The translations under genes and the position numbers were made by a program. Shown in pieces: positions 30,914 through 41,356 of a DNA stretch of 64,000 bases; position 1 is the first letter of the stretch; each line of letters starts with the position of its first letter. Source of the stretch: Vairimorpha necatrix (taxonomy: Eukaryota); contig CP142732.1 in the NCBI GenBank assembly GCA_036630325.1, positions 1,116,001 through 1,180,000 of the forward strand, written 5' to 3'. Under the pieces are notes generated by a model, which saw only the letters and a list, made by a program, of their open reading frames with translations, made no database searches and was not told the DNA's origin.

Positions 30914-31504
30914 ATGAAATTTAAAGACTTAAAAATCGAACTATCAAAAATAAAAAATTTTCAAAATGTAAAATATAAACTAGAACAATACTTAACTCCA
31001 CCTGATTTAGCCGCTCATGTAATTTACACAATACACACAGTATACGACGATATACAAAATAAAAAAATTTTAGACTTATGTTGTGGCACAGGAATGTTGT
31101 CTGCAGCTTGCGAATTTTTTAATCCCGGCTTTTTAGTAGGCGTGGATATTGACAGCGAAGCTCTAGAAATTTACAAAGAAAATCTTAACTATTCTTACGA
31201 CTTGATAAAAGCAGATTTTAATGAACTCAATTTTCCAGATCAATTTTTTGATGTAGTGATTATGAATCCACCATTTGGCACCAAAATTAAACATCAAGAT
31301 GTAAAAGCTTTAGATAAAGCATTGAGTATTGGTAAAGTGGTGTATTCGATGCATAAAACGAGTACTAGAGAATTTTTATTAAAAAAATATAAAGGAGCGA
31401 AAGTCATAGCAGAAATGAAATATGACCTACCTAGGACTTATGATTTTCATAAGAAGAAAACTAAGACGATAGAAGTGGATTTTATAAGATTTACGAAAAA
31501 ATAA
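30914..31504 (+). CDS. METTL5: METTL5-like N6-adenine methyltransferase
   Basis: LEQYLTPP, DLCCGTGML, MNPPFGT, VYSMHKTSTR, LPRTY.FHKK. Confidence 0.9.
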   Translation: MKFKDLKIELSKIKNFQNVKYKLEQYLTPPDLAAHVIYTIHTVYDDIQNKKILDLCCGTGMLSAACEFFNPGFLVGVDIDSEALEIYKENLNYSYDLIKADFNELNFPDQFFDVVIMNPPFGTKIKHQDVKALDKALSIGKVVYSMHKTSTREFLLKKYKGAKVIAEMKYDLPRTYDFHKKKTKTIEVDFIRFTKK

Positions 31505-31783
31505 ATTTAAAAAAAAATATTTAGTCTAAGAATTATGTAATATTGCGTGTTATTCTACAAATAAAAAACACGGAGTTTAAAAAAAATCCCCAAGGAAACT
31601 TATGTCTGCAGGTAATTTTTCTGATTTTTTTTTCAAATAATAAATTTGAGAACTACATTAAAAAGAATAGTAGAAAAAAAAAAACGATGAAGAACTTAAT
31701 ACTTTAAATAACCATGTAACATTTATAGAAGTGGCAAGCCGATTTTTCAATATAATAAAATTCAAAAAGAAGATTTTTTAGGT

Positions 31784-33136
31784 TTAATTATATTTATTTT
31801 CGATTTTTTCTAGCATTTGTTCTACTTCATTTGGTATATCTGATCCCTTTGAATAATAAAAAAGTGGTTTATCTTTTTTTAATATACATCCATATATTTT
31901 CCATAATAAATCTGCCTCATGAAATCTTACCACATCAAAATCATTATCATTTATGAATGAATTAAAGACAATCTCGTGATTTTCGTAGTTACCATATTTT
32001 TCCACCATGTGTTTTTGAATTTCCGAATTTGTAAAAATTTTATATTTTAAAAGCTTGTTTTCCATTTCAATTTCAAGATAAACTTCGCTTTTGGGTGTCA
32101 AATTACAAACAAGTCTAATGTTTTTGATTTCATCAATATGACATATGTCTCCATTATCTTGACATACATCTTCCTTATCTTGATACACTACCTCTTTATT
32201 TTTAATATATTCATTTATAAAATCAAGTGCATCTTTAAATGAGTTTCTTTTAAATTCTAATATAACTTCTGTTTTTTTCTCGTTCAATCCTTTGCCTGCT
32301 ATCATTATTAATGGAATATACTTCCATTTATCTAAATTGACTTCTAAAGTTACCAAAGAAAATGTTTCTGTTGTAGAATCTAAACTCATTTCATGACAGT
32401 ATTCATTATATTGACCAAATAAAGATAATTCCTCTATGATTTTCATATTCTTAAAGAATTCGACACGATTTTCTGCGTGTTTGTTACACGAATTGGTTTT
32501 TTGTTCGGTTGCGATTACTGCCAATATTTCTGATAGATGATTTTGTACTACGTCTTTTAAAAAACCATGTGTATCAAAATATCTTCTCCCTTCTCCGCCT
32601 ATTTCTTCTTTAAAGATCACTTTTATGCTTTTTATATGTTCGTTATTTAATATATTTTTTAATTTATGATTAGAATTAATTAAAATCGGCCAAGATACTA
32701 TCAGTGGCTTTAATAAGAAATGATCAATAAAATATAATTTTTCTGTTGGATATTCCTTGAAATTTACGAAATCTTTGTAATCCGCCCCAAAAGGTTTTTC
32801 GACTGCTATGCTTTTATATTGGTAGGTGTTAAGTACTTTCAAGGTATCAAGATATATTTCAGGAGGTAGAGACAAATAAATTATAGTATGTTCATTTAGA
32901 TATGGGTTTAAGATTTCTAAATCTGTATAACATCTACCTTGAATGTATTTTATTGTATCGCAAAATGATTCGTCCTCGTATGAGTAGAAATCTTTTAATA
33001 TTTCCGAAAAGGGTTTGTCGTAAAGAGTCCTGGCGAATGCAATGAGTTGTACATTTTTAAGATCACATTTTGCTAGTGCAGGGAATAATTTCCTTTTTGC
33101 AAGGTCCCCGCTTGCTCCAAATATGATGAGATACAT
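31784..33136 (-). CDS. ZWF1: Glucose-6-phosphate dehydrogenase
   Basis: FGASGDLAKRKLFPAL, YLSLPP, EKPFG, IDHFLLK, DVVQNHL; ATG at 33136 follows CCCCAAA. Confidence 0.95.
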   Translation of the reverse strand: MYLIIFGASGDLAKRKLFPALAKCDLKNVQLIAFARTLYDKPFSEILKDFYSYEDESFCDTIKYIQGRCYTDLEILNPYLNEHTIIYLSLPPEIYLDTLKVLNTYQYKSIAVEKPFGADYKDFVNFKEYPTEKLYFIDHFLLKPLIVSWPILINSNHKLKNILNNEHIKSIKVIFKEEIGGEGRRYFDTHGFLKDVVQNHLSEILAVIATEQKTNSCNKHAENRVEFFKNMKIIEELSLFGQYNEYCHEMSLDSTTETFSLVTLEVNLDKWKYIPLIMIAGKGLNEKKTEVILEFKRNSFKDALDFINEYIKNKEVVYQDKEDVCQDNGDICHIDEIKNIRLVCNLTPKSEVYLEIEMENKLLKYKIFTNSEIQKHMVEKYGNYENHEIVFNSFINDNDFDVVRFHEADLLWKIYGCILKKDKPLFYYSKGSDIPNEVEQMLEKIENKYN

Positions 33137-33390
33137 TTTGGGGTACAAAGATTTCCAATAAATAATGACTCCTATAAAAAAGGAGCAAAGAGAAATGTCA
33201 AATAGATAAATGAACAAACAAAAATTTTATAAATTATTAAAAATTAATTTATAACGTATAATTAAAAAAATAAATTAAAGTTTTAATGAATAACGGAAAA
33301 AAATATCTTATGTATAGTAGAATGATATCTTTTTTATTTTAAATTCTATGACTAAATTTATTTAAATTGGTTTAATTTTCACAATTTTAT

Positions 33391-34149
33391 TTAATTTTTC
33401 CCATTTATTTTATTGTTTCTGTCAATAAGCTCTAAATATTTATCATACGTAATATCAAAAACCACATGATTGTCATGTTTTATATTTTCCTTCTCATTTT
33501 CATAATACATCACCAAATAAATATTTCCTGCCTCGGTATGAAACATGATCCTCTTCGATCTTATTGCTATCGAACAATTAAAAATATTTTCCACTGTCTT
33601 GTCAAACGACACAGGGTCTAAAACACAATCATAAAAAGGAATCTGCTTACATTTCTTCAATTTTTTTTCAAGATCCTGTAAAAAAATGCACACATCTTCT
33701 TCTATGTCATTCTGACCCGTCAATGTAGTCACATCTTTCACTACTTTCTGTATTCTTTCTACTGGTTTCCTTTCTTTTGTCACTCTGTAAAAATCAAAAT
33801 CTATAAATTTGGCAAAGTGACATTTTCTACTTTGCATAGCGACTTTTTTAAAAAATTCGTCGAGTTTTTTTTCATTTACTTTTTCTATAAAATTTTTTGC
33901 ATTAATTTTTCGATTTTTTACATTTTTGGTAAATCGCCTTAAAAATAAGTCGCTGTGAATTTCAGTGACTTTGGCATCTAATTTTAATTCACTCGTGTTT
34001 GAGATTTGGCTGAATAAAATGTTTGAGTCGTCAAGGATGTCTACTAGAGACAGATCTTCCTCTGAATGTTCTTTCTTTGAAGTTTTTAATCTTTTTAGAA
34101 TCTCAATATAATCTCCTTGGATATTTTTATCTTTAATTGGCTTTGTCAT
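33391..34149 (-). CDS. NSE4: SMC5/6 kleisin subunit Nse4
   Basis: Nse4 C-terminal motif VLDPVSFDKTVENIF; N-terminal ELKLDAK. Confidence 0.8.
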   Translation of the reverse strand: MTKPIKDKNIQGDYIEILKRLKTSKKEHSEEDLSLVDILDDSNILFSQISNTSELKLDAKVTEIHSDLFLRRFTKNVKNRKINAKNFIEKVNEKKLDEFFKKVAMQSRKCHFAKFIDFDFYRVTKERKPVERIQKVVKDVTTLTGQNDIEEDVCIFLQDLEKKLKKCKQIPFYDCVLDPVSFDKTVENIFNCSIAIRSKRIMFHTEAGNIYLVMYYENEKENIKHDNHVVFDITYDKYLELIDRNNKINGKN

Positions 34150-34245
34150 TAGTGGGGGAAATTTAAAATATTGAAATATTTTTATTGTCTTAAAAAGTAT
34201 GTGTACATTTTAAAAGGCTTTAACTACTTTTAATAAAGATTTATA

Positions 34246-34836
34246 TCATAAAAATGTGTAGTTTTCTGTAGTAAATGGACTTGTAAAGTCATTTACATTT
34301 TTGTAATTATTTGATGTCTCTGGACTTTCCATTTTGCTTATAAAAATCCCAGTAGATTTTTCCAAACTGATCCCGCCTTCTACAAAAATCTCAAATTTGA
34401 TATTTTTACAATTTTTTATACGAAGTTGTTTCACTCGACATTTTATAAAACAATCTTCAGAATCTTCTAAGATTAAACTTTCTTTGACTTCTAAATAATC
34501 AAATGTACAAGTTTGTACATTTTTAATTTTAGTGCAATTTTGTATACCCGTAAATTTGATATTTTCATTATTAAGATTTTCATATACAGCAAAATCTTTA
34601 AGAATAACCTCATCTTGTAGTTTTGGAATGTTAATTTGTGCGTCATGATATTTTGTGTCCTTTATCGATATCTTTTGAGAGTACAAATGTCTGTATTTAT
34701 TCAATTTCTCCTGTAATTTACCTCTGGTATAATCAGATTTTTCAGTAAGAAGAGATTTCTCGATATCTTGTATTAGAGATTTTGCAAGATCGAGATTGTT
34801 ATTTTCTATTTCTACTTCTATTTTGTCGGTTATCAT
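34246..34836 (-). CDS. TBCC: Tubulin-binding cofactor C
   Basis: Beta-helix repeats, QLRIKNC, LE.S, NNYKNVNDF; first ATG at 34836. Confidence 0.8.
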   Translation of the reverse strand: MITDKIEVEIENNNLDLAKSLIQDIEKSLLTEKSDYTRGKLQEKLNKYRHLYSQKISIKDTKYHDAQINIPKLQDEVILKDFAVYENLNNENIKFTGIQNCTKIKNVQTCTFDYLEVKESLILEDSEDCFIKCRVKQLRIKNCKNIKFEIFVEGGISLEKSTGIFISKMESPETSNNYKNVNDFTSPFTTENYTFL

Positions 34837-35014
34837 AGTTGAGGGCACAAATCAATGAAATATTGAAAATAGGATGTAACTGACAAATAAGAACAAGTTA
34901 AAAATAAATTTATTAACTAGAGAAAAAAGTAAAAAAAATGATTGCAGATAAAATCATTGACAATATAGTTTTTATTGTATAAAATAAGAAGATTTGTATA
35001 ACTATTTGTTTAAT

Positions 35015-35743
35015 TTATTTTTTCTCAAGTGATAATTCTTTGATTTTCATATAAAATACAGTCCCATTAGCAAATGTCTCATCGGGGTGGCACATAATTT
35101 CTACTTCTTTGTAATTAATTTTATGGGAAAACAACTTACAATCAAGCACAACTGTCTCGTACTCGCCACCTTCTCCACAATAATTATCATATAATTTAAC
35201 ATTTTCCTTAAAGATTTGACTTATATCTTTACCAAGCCACGACCTATCTAAGAAAGAAGAAGCCACTTTAACTATTGTCCCTTTTACTCCTCTATCTATC
35301 ATTTCTTCAAGTAAATCTCTTTGATTTCTCTGCCAGAGTGGAGATAAAGATTCCAAATTTAGTCTTTTAGTTACATTTAAGACTCTATTCTTTTGATATG
35401 TTGAGAGAATTGCCCCGGACGAAACAGCTTCAAAATTTAATTTACTCTTAATATCCAATAAAGCCTCATATAAATCTTCAACCTCATCGTCTTTACTTAT
35501 TTTATAGTCTAGATCTTTATTATTTGTCTTACACTTTGTTTTATACTGAAAAAGTGGAAGGTTCAGACATGTCTCGAATAACTCAACTATTTCTGACCCC
35601 ACTGTCTGGTACATGTAGGAATCCACATATGTATCCTCATTTTTCATGTATAATAAGCCAACTGGGACATGTCCTTGGTCTTTAAGTGTTTGTATTGTGT
35701 AAATACTGTCCTTTCCTCCACTTACCAAAGCAACAAATTTCAT
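35015..35743 (-). CDS. DPH6: Diphthine--ammonia ligase
   Basis: MKFVALVSGGKDS, DSYMYQTVG, DEVEDL, GAILSTYQ, CGEGGEYET. Confidence 0.95.
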   Translation of the reverse strand: MKFVALVSGGKDSIYTIQTLKDQGHVPVGLLYMKNEDTYVDSYMYQTVGSEIVELFETCLNLPLFQYKTKCKTNNKDLDYKISKDDEVEDLYEALLDIKSKLNFEAVSSGAILSTYQKNRVLNVTKRLNLESLSPLWQRNQRDLLEEMIDRGVKGTIVKVASSFLDRSWLGKDISQIFKENVKLYDNYCGEGGEYETVVLDCKLFSHKINYKEVEIMCHPDETFANGTVFYMKIKELSLEKK

Positions 35744-36076
35744 TTAAAAAAATGGGATTTAAAAAATTTTAATATTAGAAAAAAAAAGATGTACGGTGTT
35801 AAAAATAGATATTTAAGGCAATTAGTCTCTTCACTAGACTAATAGATCAGATGAAAAAAATGGACCCTTAGAAATATCTGAAATTTGTTACGAATATGAA
35901 ACGAAACATAACAATATGTTTAAAATTAAAAGAGAGAAAAAATTTTTAGATTTTTAAAAAATTAATAAAAAATCAAACATTTTTATATTTTTTGTACATT
36001 ATGAGTTTGTGACATTGTTTCAGAATAAAACATTGTTTCACAAAAAAATATAAATTTGAAAAAAATAATAAACACA

Positions 36077-37102
36077 ATGAAATTGAGTTTACTCGCAATA
36101 GTTACAATCGCAAGTATTTCTGCATACAGCAATGTAAAGGGTGGATTCTTTGCTACTACCAAGAACAACTTGACAGTAAGTAATCTCCTCAGCAATCAAA
36201 ATAAAAAAAGTCCAAGCTATTTGAAATCTTCTAAATCAAAAGAAGAAAACACATCTAAGAAGAATAAAAAGAAGAAGAGTAAGAAATCATCCGAATTATT
36301 AGGACATAAAGCAAGTGAAAATATTAATACAAGTGAACTAGCTAGTAGTGCACTAATGAATAAAAGTAGTTCGTTAAAATCAACAATAAAGTCAAGTGCT
36401 GCTAAAGATTCTGATAAGTCGAAAAAGAGCGAAGAAGAAAGCACCGAAAAATCTAAAAACAAAGATGAAAATGAAGAAGAAAAAAAAGAAGAGAAGAAAG
36501 AATCAAATGCAACAGAAAAAAAAGGGAAAGAGGAAGTGAAAAAAGCAAAAAAAAAGTCTCCCGAAGAAGAGGAAGGAAAAGAAAAGGAGACTAAGAAACT
36601 CTCAAGTGCAAAAGTACAAAAAGGCAAACCAGAAAAGGAAGAAAAAGCTAAAAAGGCCAAAGAAGAAGGTGAAAAATCAGAGGGAGAAAAAAATGAATCA
36701 AATGTCGCAGAAACCGAAGAAAAACCAAAAGAGAAAAAGAAGGCCAAAAAAAGAAAAGCTACAGAAAATGAACCAGAAAAGTCAACTGAAAAAAAATTAA
36801 ACGCAACAGAAAAATCCAAGAAACCAAAAAAAGAAGAAAATGAACCAGAAAAGGAGGAAAATGTCGAGGAAACAAAACAAAAACCTAAAGAGAAAAAATC
36901 AAAAGATGGAAAAGAAAAGAAAAAATCTAATGGGTCCAATTTATTAGATTTTGTTCATGCGTTTAATCCACAAAGCAGTTTACTGAGTTCTAAAAAATCT
37001 AATTTAACTGAAGAAAGTTCGGACATGGAAGATAGTCAATCAGGTGATGAGCGAATAAATAATTATTTTTATTTTTTTTATTTTTTTTATAAAAAATTAT
37101 AA
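36077..37102 (+). CDS. Secreted Lys/Glu/Ser-rich low-complexity protein (possible spore-wall or structural protein)
   Basis: Signal peptide MKLSLLAIVTIASISA followed by ~270 aa of charged low-complexity sequence. Confidence 0.75.
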   Translation: MKLSLLAIVTIASISAYSNVKGGFFATTKNNLTVSNLLSNQNKKSPSYLKSSKSKEENTSKKNKKKKSKKSSELLGHKASENINTSELASSALMNKSSSLKSTIKSSAAKDSDKSKKSEEESTEKSKNKDENEEEKKEEKKESNATEKKGKEEVKKAKKKSPEEEEGKEKETKKLSSAKVQKGKPEKEEKAKKAKEEGEKSEGEKNESNVAETEEKPKEKKKAKKRKATENEPEKSTEKKLNATEKSKKPKKEENEPEKEENVEETKQKPKEKKSKDGKEKKKSNGSNLLDFVHAFNPQSSLLSSKKSNLTEESSDMEDSQSGDERINNYFYFFYFFYKKL

Positions 37103-37112
37103 TTTTTTACCC

Positions 37113-38039
37113 ATGGAAAAATATAAACGAATTTCGCAAGTGGGCGAGGGCGCATTTGGAAAAGTTTTCAAATCAAAAGATTTGGAAAAAAATATAGACG
37201 TTGCTATAAAAAGAATACCTGTAGAAATTGAGAATGGCATTCCTTTTACAGCTTACAGGGAAATTAAAATATTAAAAAAATATACACACACTAATTTAGT
37301 GAAGCTTCATGATGCGATGCATGAAGAAGGGTTCATTTTTCTTGTTATGGATTATCTCCCTTACGATCTTACTGGTTTGCTCCTTTCAAAATATAAATTT
37401 CAACCAGATCAAATCCGTGGCTTAATTTATCAACTTTGCCTAGCGACTTCTTATTTGCACAGTCAAAATATTATTCACCGGGACATTAAAGCTTCTAATA
37501 TTTTAATTGACAATAACGGGGTACTAAAATTAACTGATTTTGGACTAGCGAGAGAACAAGGATTTTATATGACTAATAGGGTATGCACTCTGTGGTATAG
37601 AGCTATTGAGTTATTATTGGGCGAAATCAAATACACTTGTAAAGTAGATTCCTGGTCTATTGGGATTATTTTTTTAGAAATGAAACTTGGCCATGTTCCA
37701 TTTAAAGGATCTAATGAAGCTCCACAGGTCAAAGAGATTGTAAAAGTTCTGGGAATACCAGAAGAAAGATATCAGTGGTCAGATCTATTTGAACTGAACA
37801 GATATAAAAAAGACATTCCACATTCTGAATTGATCAAAGAGATTTATTCTGGTGTGTGTGATGAACAAGAAATTATTTTATTGAAAGAACTTCTTTGTTT
37901 GAATTCTAAAGAGCGAATTTCCCCTAAATACGCTTTAAAGCTAAAATTCTTTCAAGAAATTGACCAAATTTATTTCCCAATAGAACTAAATGAAGTGCAT
38001 GAGTTTGATATAAAGAAGTCTGATAAAGATGATAATTGA
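37113..38039 (+). CDS. Cyclin-dependent kinase, CTD-kinase type (Ctk1/Bur1-like)
   Basis: GEGAFG, PFTAYRE, HRDIKASN, DFGLAR, TNRVCTLWYR. Confidence 0.88.
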   Translation: MEKYKRISQVGEGAFGKVFKSKDLEKNIDVAIKRIPVEIENGIPFTAYREIKILKKYTHTNLVKLHDAMHEEGFIFLVMDYLPYDLTGLLLSKYKFQPDQIRGLIYQLCLATSYLHSQNIIHRDIKASNILIDNNGVLKLTDFGLAREQGFYMTNRVCTLWYRAIELLLGEIKYTCKVDSWSIGIIFLEMKLGHVPFKGSNEAPQVKEIVKVLGIPEERYQWSDLFELNRYKKDIPHSELIKEIYSGVCDEQEIILLKELLCLNSKERISPKYALKLKFFQEIDQIYFPIELNEVHEFDIKKSDKDDN

Positions 38040-38123
38040 ATATTATCATGGCAAAAATAATTAATTGTACATTTTTTTTGTGACAGTTTTTTTTATTTTT
38101 TTTGTAAATTTTTGCCCCCTAAA

Positions 38124-38666
38124 ATGGTAAGTGAAAATTTTATAATTTAGATCAAAGACATACAAATAAGATTACAAGAAACTGCTAAGTACCAATCAGA
38201 AGATGTACCAAAATATATTGAAAAATATATGAAGAAGCTTAATAAACAAAATGAGAGAAAAAGAAGAACAGATTTAGAATGTGGTATGATAGTGGTAGTC
38301 TGCGAAGGAATTTATGAGGCCAAGAGAGTTTTTTATCTTAAAGGGCTTGATAAAAATTTAGTACTTTGCGCTGTCCTCAAAGATGGCAATAATGTTTCAT
38401 TCTTCAAGATTGATGAATCTTATTTATTGGCTACTTCTACTAAAATTAATATTAACGTTAATGAAATACATATTAGCGAAGATGAAGTTCCATTGATTAC
38501 TAAAGATAAATCTATTGAGATTATGGATATCGAAAATTCTGAAAAAATGACTAAAATTGAGAAATCTATAATGGATGAAGTTCGTAAGGTTGATTATCTT
38601 AAAACTTATTTAAATACTCCATTCGAAATTGATAGCTCAGTAGAATTTTACAGTCAGAAATATTAA
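38124..38666 (+). CDS. RPL6: 60S ribosomal protein L6, spliced: join(38124..38126,38151..38666)
   Basis: [40 protein letters not shown]; splicing joins the ATG in frame to IKDIQ... Confidence 0.88.
38127..38150 (+). other. 24-nt spliceosomal intron directly after the ATG
   Basis: GTAAGT-gaaaatttta-TAATT-TAG; CCCCC motif upstream of the ATG. Confidence 0.92.
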
Positions 38667-39033
38667 ATTATTTTTAAAAGACATTTATAAGTTGTAACAT
38701 TTTTTAGATGTAAAAAAAACTTTTATTTTTCAAATTAAATTTATTTTCAAATTATTTAAATATTAGCAAGGTTTTCGCACTTAAATATTATTACCAGAGT
38801 AAAAAAAAGATATTTAATTTAAACTTTTGCGTATTTTAAATTAAATTTTTGTGTAAGAAAAACATTAACTAACTATCATTGTGTAAAATATATCATCTAT
38901 TGTTTACTGTGACGTTATAATACATAAACAAAATTTTATCTTGTAAAGTAAGCGGAAATTTATTAATGAAAAGCTCTATATTTCATTTTATTCGTTGTCA
39001 TATTAATTTTTAAGTTTCAAACATGAAACCCCA

Positions 39034-39783
39034 ATGGACGTCGAAGTTAAAAAATGCAAAATCGTGGAAAAATATATGATATCCCAGGACACTATATTTA
39101 TTAAAGTGTCTAGTGAAGAATTTTTATTAAATAATGAAGTATCATTTTTTGTTTACATATATAACGACAGTCAAGATTTTTTTAGACCTTACACTCCTGT
39201 ATCTTGGAAACATAACGAAATAAATTTTGTTATAAAAAAATATCCAAGAAATGGAATTTCAGAAATGATACACAACAAAAATATAGGCGATGAAGTAAAT
39301 ATTTCTAAATCTATACCTAAATTGAAATATAATGAAAATAAAAAAAATATTTTGATGATCAGCGCAGGGACTGGAATCACTCCAATGCTTCAAATTCTTA
39401 AAAAAGAACAAAATATTGGTAAATTTACGATTATAGATTGTAATAGGACTTTTGATGATATTTTGATCAATAGGAATATCATAAATAAAGATATAAAAAT
39501 TTTTTATATTTTGAATAAAGAAAAAAACCAGTGCGTGTTGAATAAAAACTTATATTTTATCAAAGATGATGAGGAAAATATTATAAAAGAAAGATTAACA
39601 AAGCAACTTTTAGAAAAAATACTAAAAGAACTTCCGTCAAGACCAGAATTTGTGTATGTATGTGGACCTCCTGGATTTATGAAAAGTATTTCTGGAGAAA
39701 AATTGCCTAATTTGGAACAGGGCGAGCTAACAGGAATGTTAAAAGAATTGGGATTTACAAGCGATGAAGTTTATAAATTTTAA
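39034..39783 (+). CDS. NADH-cytochrome b5 reductase
   Basis: RPYTP, AGTGITPMLQ, VCGPPG, QGELTG.L, C-terminal VYKF. Confidence 0.92.
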   Translation: MDVEVKKCKIVEKYMISQDTIFIKVSSEEFLLNNEVSFFVYIYNDSQDFFRPYTPVSWKHNEINFVIKKYPRNGISEMIHNKNIGDEVNISKSIPKLKYNENKKNILMISAGTGITPMLQILKKEQNIGKFTIIDCNRTFDDILINRNIINKDIKIFYILNKEKNQCVLNKNLYFIKDDEENIIKERLTKQLLEKILKELPSRPEFVYVCGPPGFMKSISGEKLPNLEQGELTGMLKELGFTSDEVYKF

Positions 39784-41356
39784 TCATAAAAATTTTGGTT
39801 TGATATTGAACATAACCTTTTTATATTTTTACCTGAATAGAAAGTCATTATGTTTACCATTATACTTTACAAATATTATCTGTCAAATGTAGGACTAAAT
39901 TTTATAAATGCTTGCATAACGTAGAGATTGAATATATTGTAAATATTTTGGAATTAACAATACATGTTCATGAGTTTATTTTTAAAATTTTTTTTGATAT
40001 TATAAAAATTTGTAATTTCAATTGACGCGAGTTCAGATTAAAACGTAATTTATACTTTTTTAATTATTGTAAAGTATTATTACAAAAACTATTAATTATA
40101 TTAAAATTTTCCTTCTAAGAATAACTCGGTATTATTTATTTGCAAAAAATTAACAAACCATATTATTTTTAAAATGTAATGAACAAAATGCATATAGTAG
40201 CAAATTTATATATCAAAAAAGATAATAATGAATGATACAAAATGCACATTTTCGATTTTATACTTAAAACAAAAGTCTAAAGAAATATATATGTAAAAAA
40301 AAAATATTTAGATCAGTAGTATTTTTATTTACAAATGAATAATGATAATTTTACATTAGTAAAAAATTTTAAAATATTACTAAAAAAATTATTTCAGAAC
40401 ATAAAAAACAATCAAACTAGTCGTACTTGCGTATGAGCAAAATCTAGATAAACAGTATAAATCTATAAAATAACATTAATGTATCTCAATTTTTTTTTGT
40501 GTAGTTAAAGACGCAAATAATATTTTTAAGGCATTGTAAAAAATGACAAGGCATTTTTTGCAATAGATATACCATATAATTTTCAAAGTGCAAGTTTATT
40601 CTACAGAAGCTATCTATTAGAAGAATAACACATCTTCTATTTTATAGAATACAATCTCACAAAGTTCTCTATTTAAATCTATAACATAATAAAATTTCAG
40701 TCATATTATAATTTAAATTTTAACAAAAATTAAACAAAGAAATATAAAAAATAAAAGTTAAATACACAATAAATTTGAAAAAACACATTTTCTAACAATC
40801 TTTTAAGAATTGACAATACTTCTTAAGTTAAAATATCTAATCAAGAAAATAGAGATATATACAAACGATCATGTTATAATAATGCTGCAATTATAAAAAA
40901 TAAAAAAAGACAAAGTTATTAGCATGTTTTTATGTATATCTATTGAAATAAACCTTATATATTAGATGTAATTATTTGTTTTTTTAAAGTGGATTAAATG
41001 CACAATGAGTTTTAGTATTAGTAACAAAAAATGATATTTATTAAACTTAAAAAAGTAGGAAGAATTCAAATGATAATTCAATGCTGAATAAATTCTGATT
41101 TAATATCCAGGTTACCTGATATATATTTTTATTCTTTTGTTTATAAAAACGAAAAATTTTAATTTCTTTTTTTTATATGATAAATTTTTTCTAAATTAAT
41201 TTCTTAGTTATTACTAATTTTTTTTTTGTAATTTAAATATTTAGTATGCGTAAATAAACATTATTTCATTAGAATAACTCAATTATTTTAATTTGTTTAT
41301 TTAGTTGTCAAAACAAAACAATATAATGTTTATAATTAATATGATCTGGTAACCCT

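Noticed and set aside
36217..36939. 240-aa Phe/Ser-rich minus-strand ORF
   Set aside because: Antisense mirror of the Lys/Glu-rich gene.
40414..40440. Small hairpin next to CTAG, like a Helitron 3' end
   Set aside because: The stem is short and mismatched, the spacing is atypical and there is no other support.
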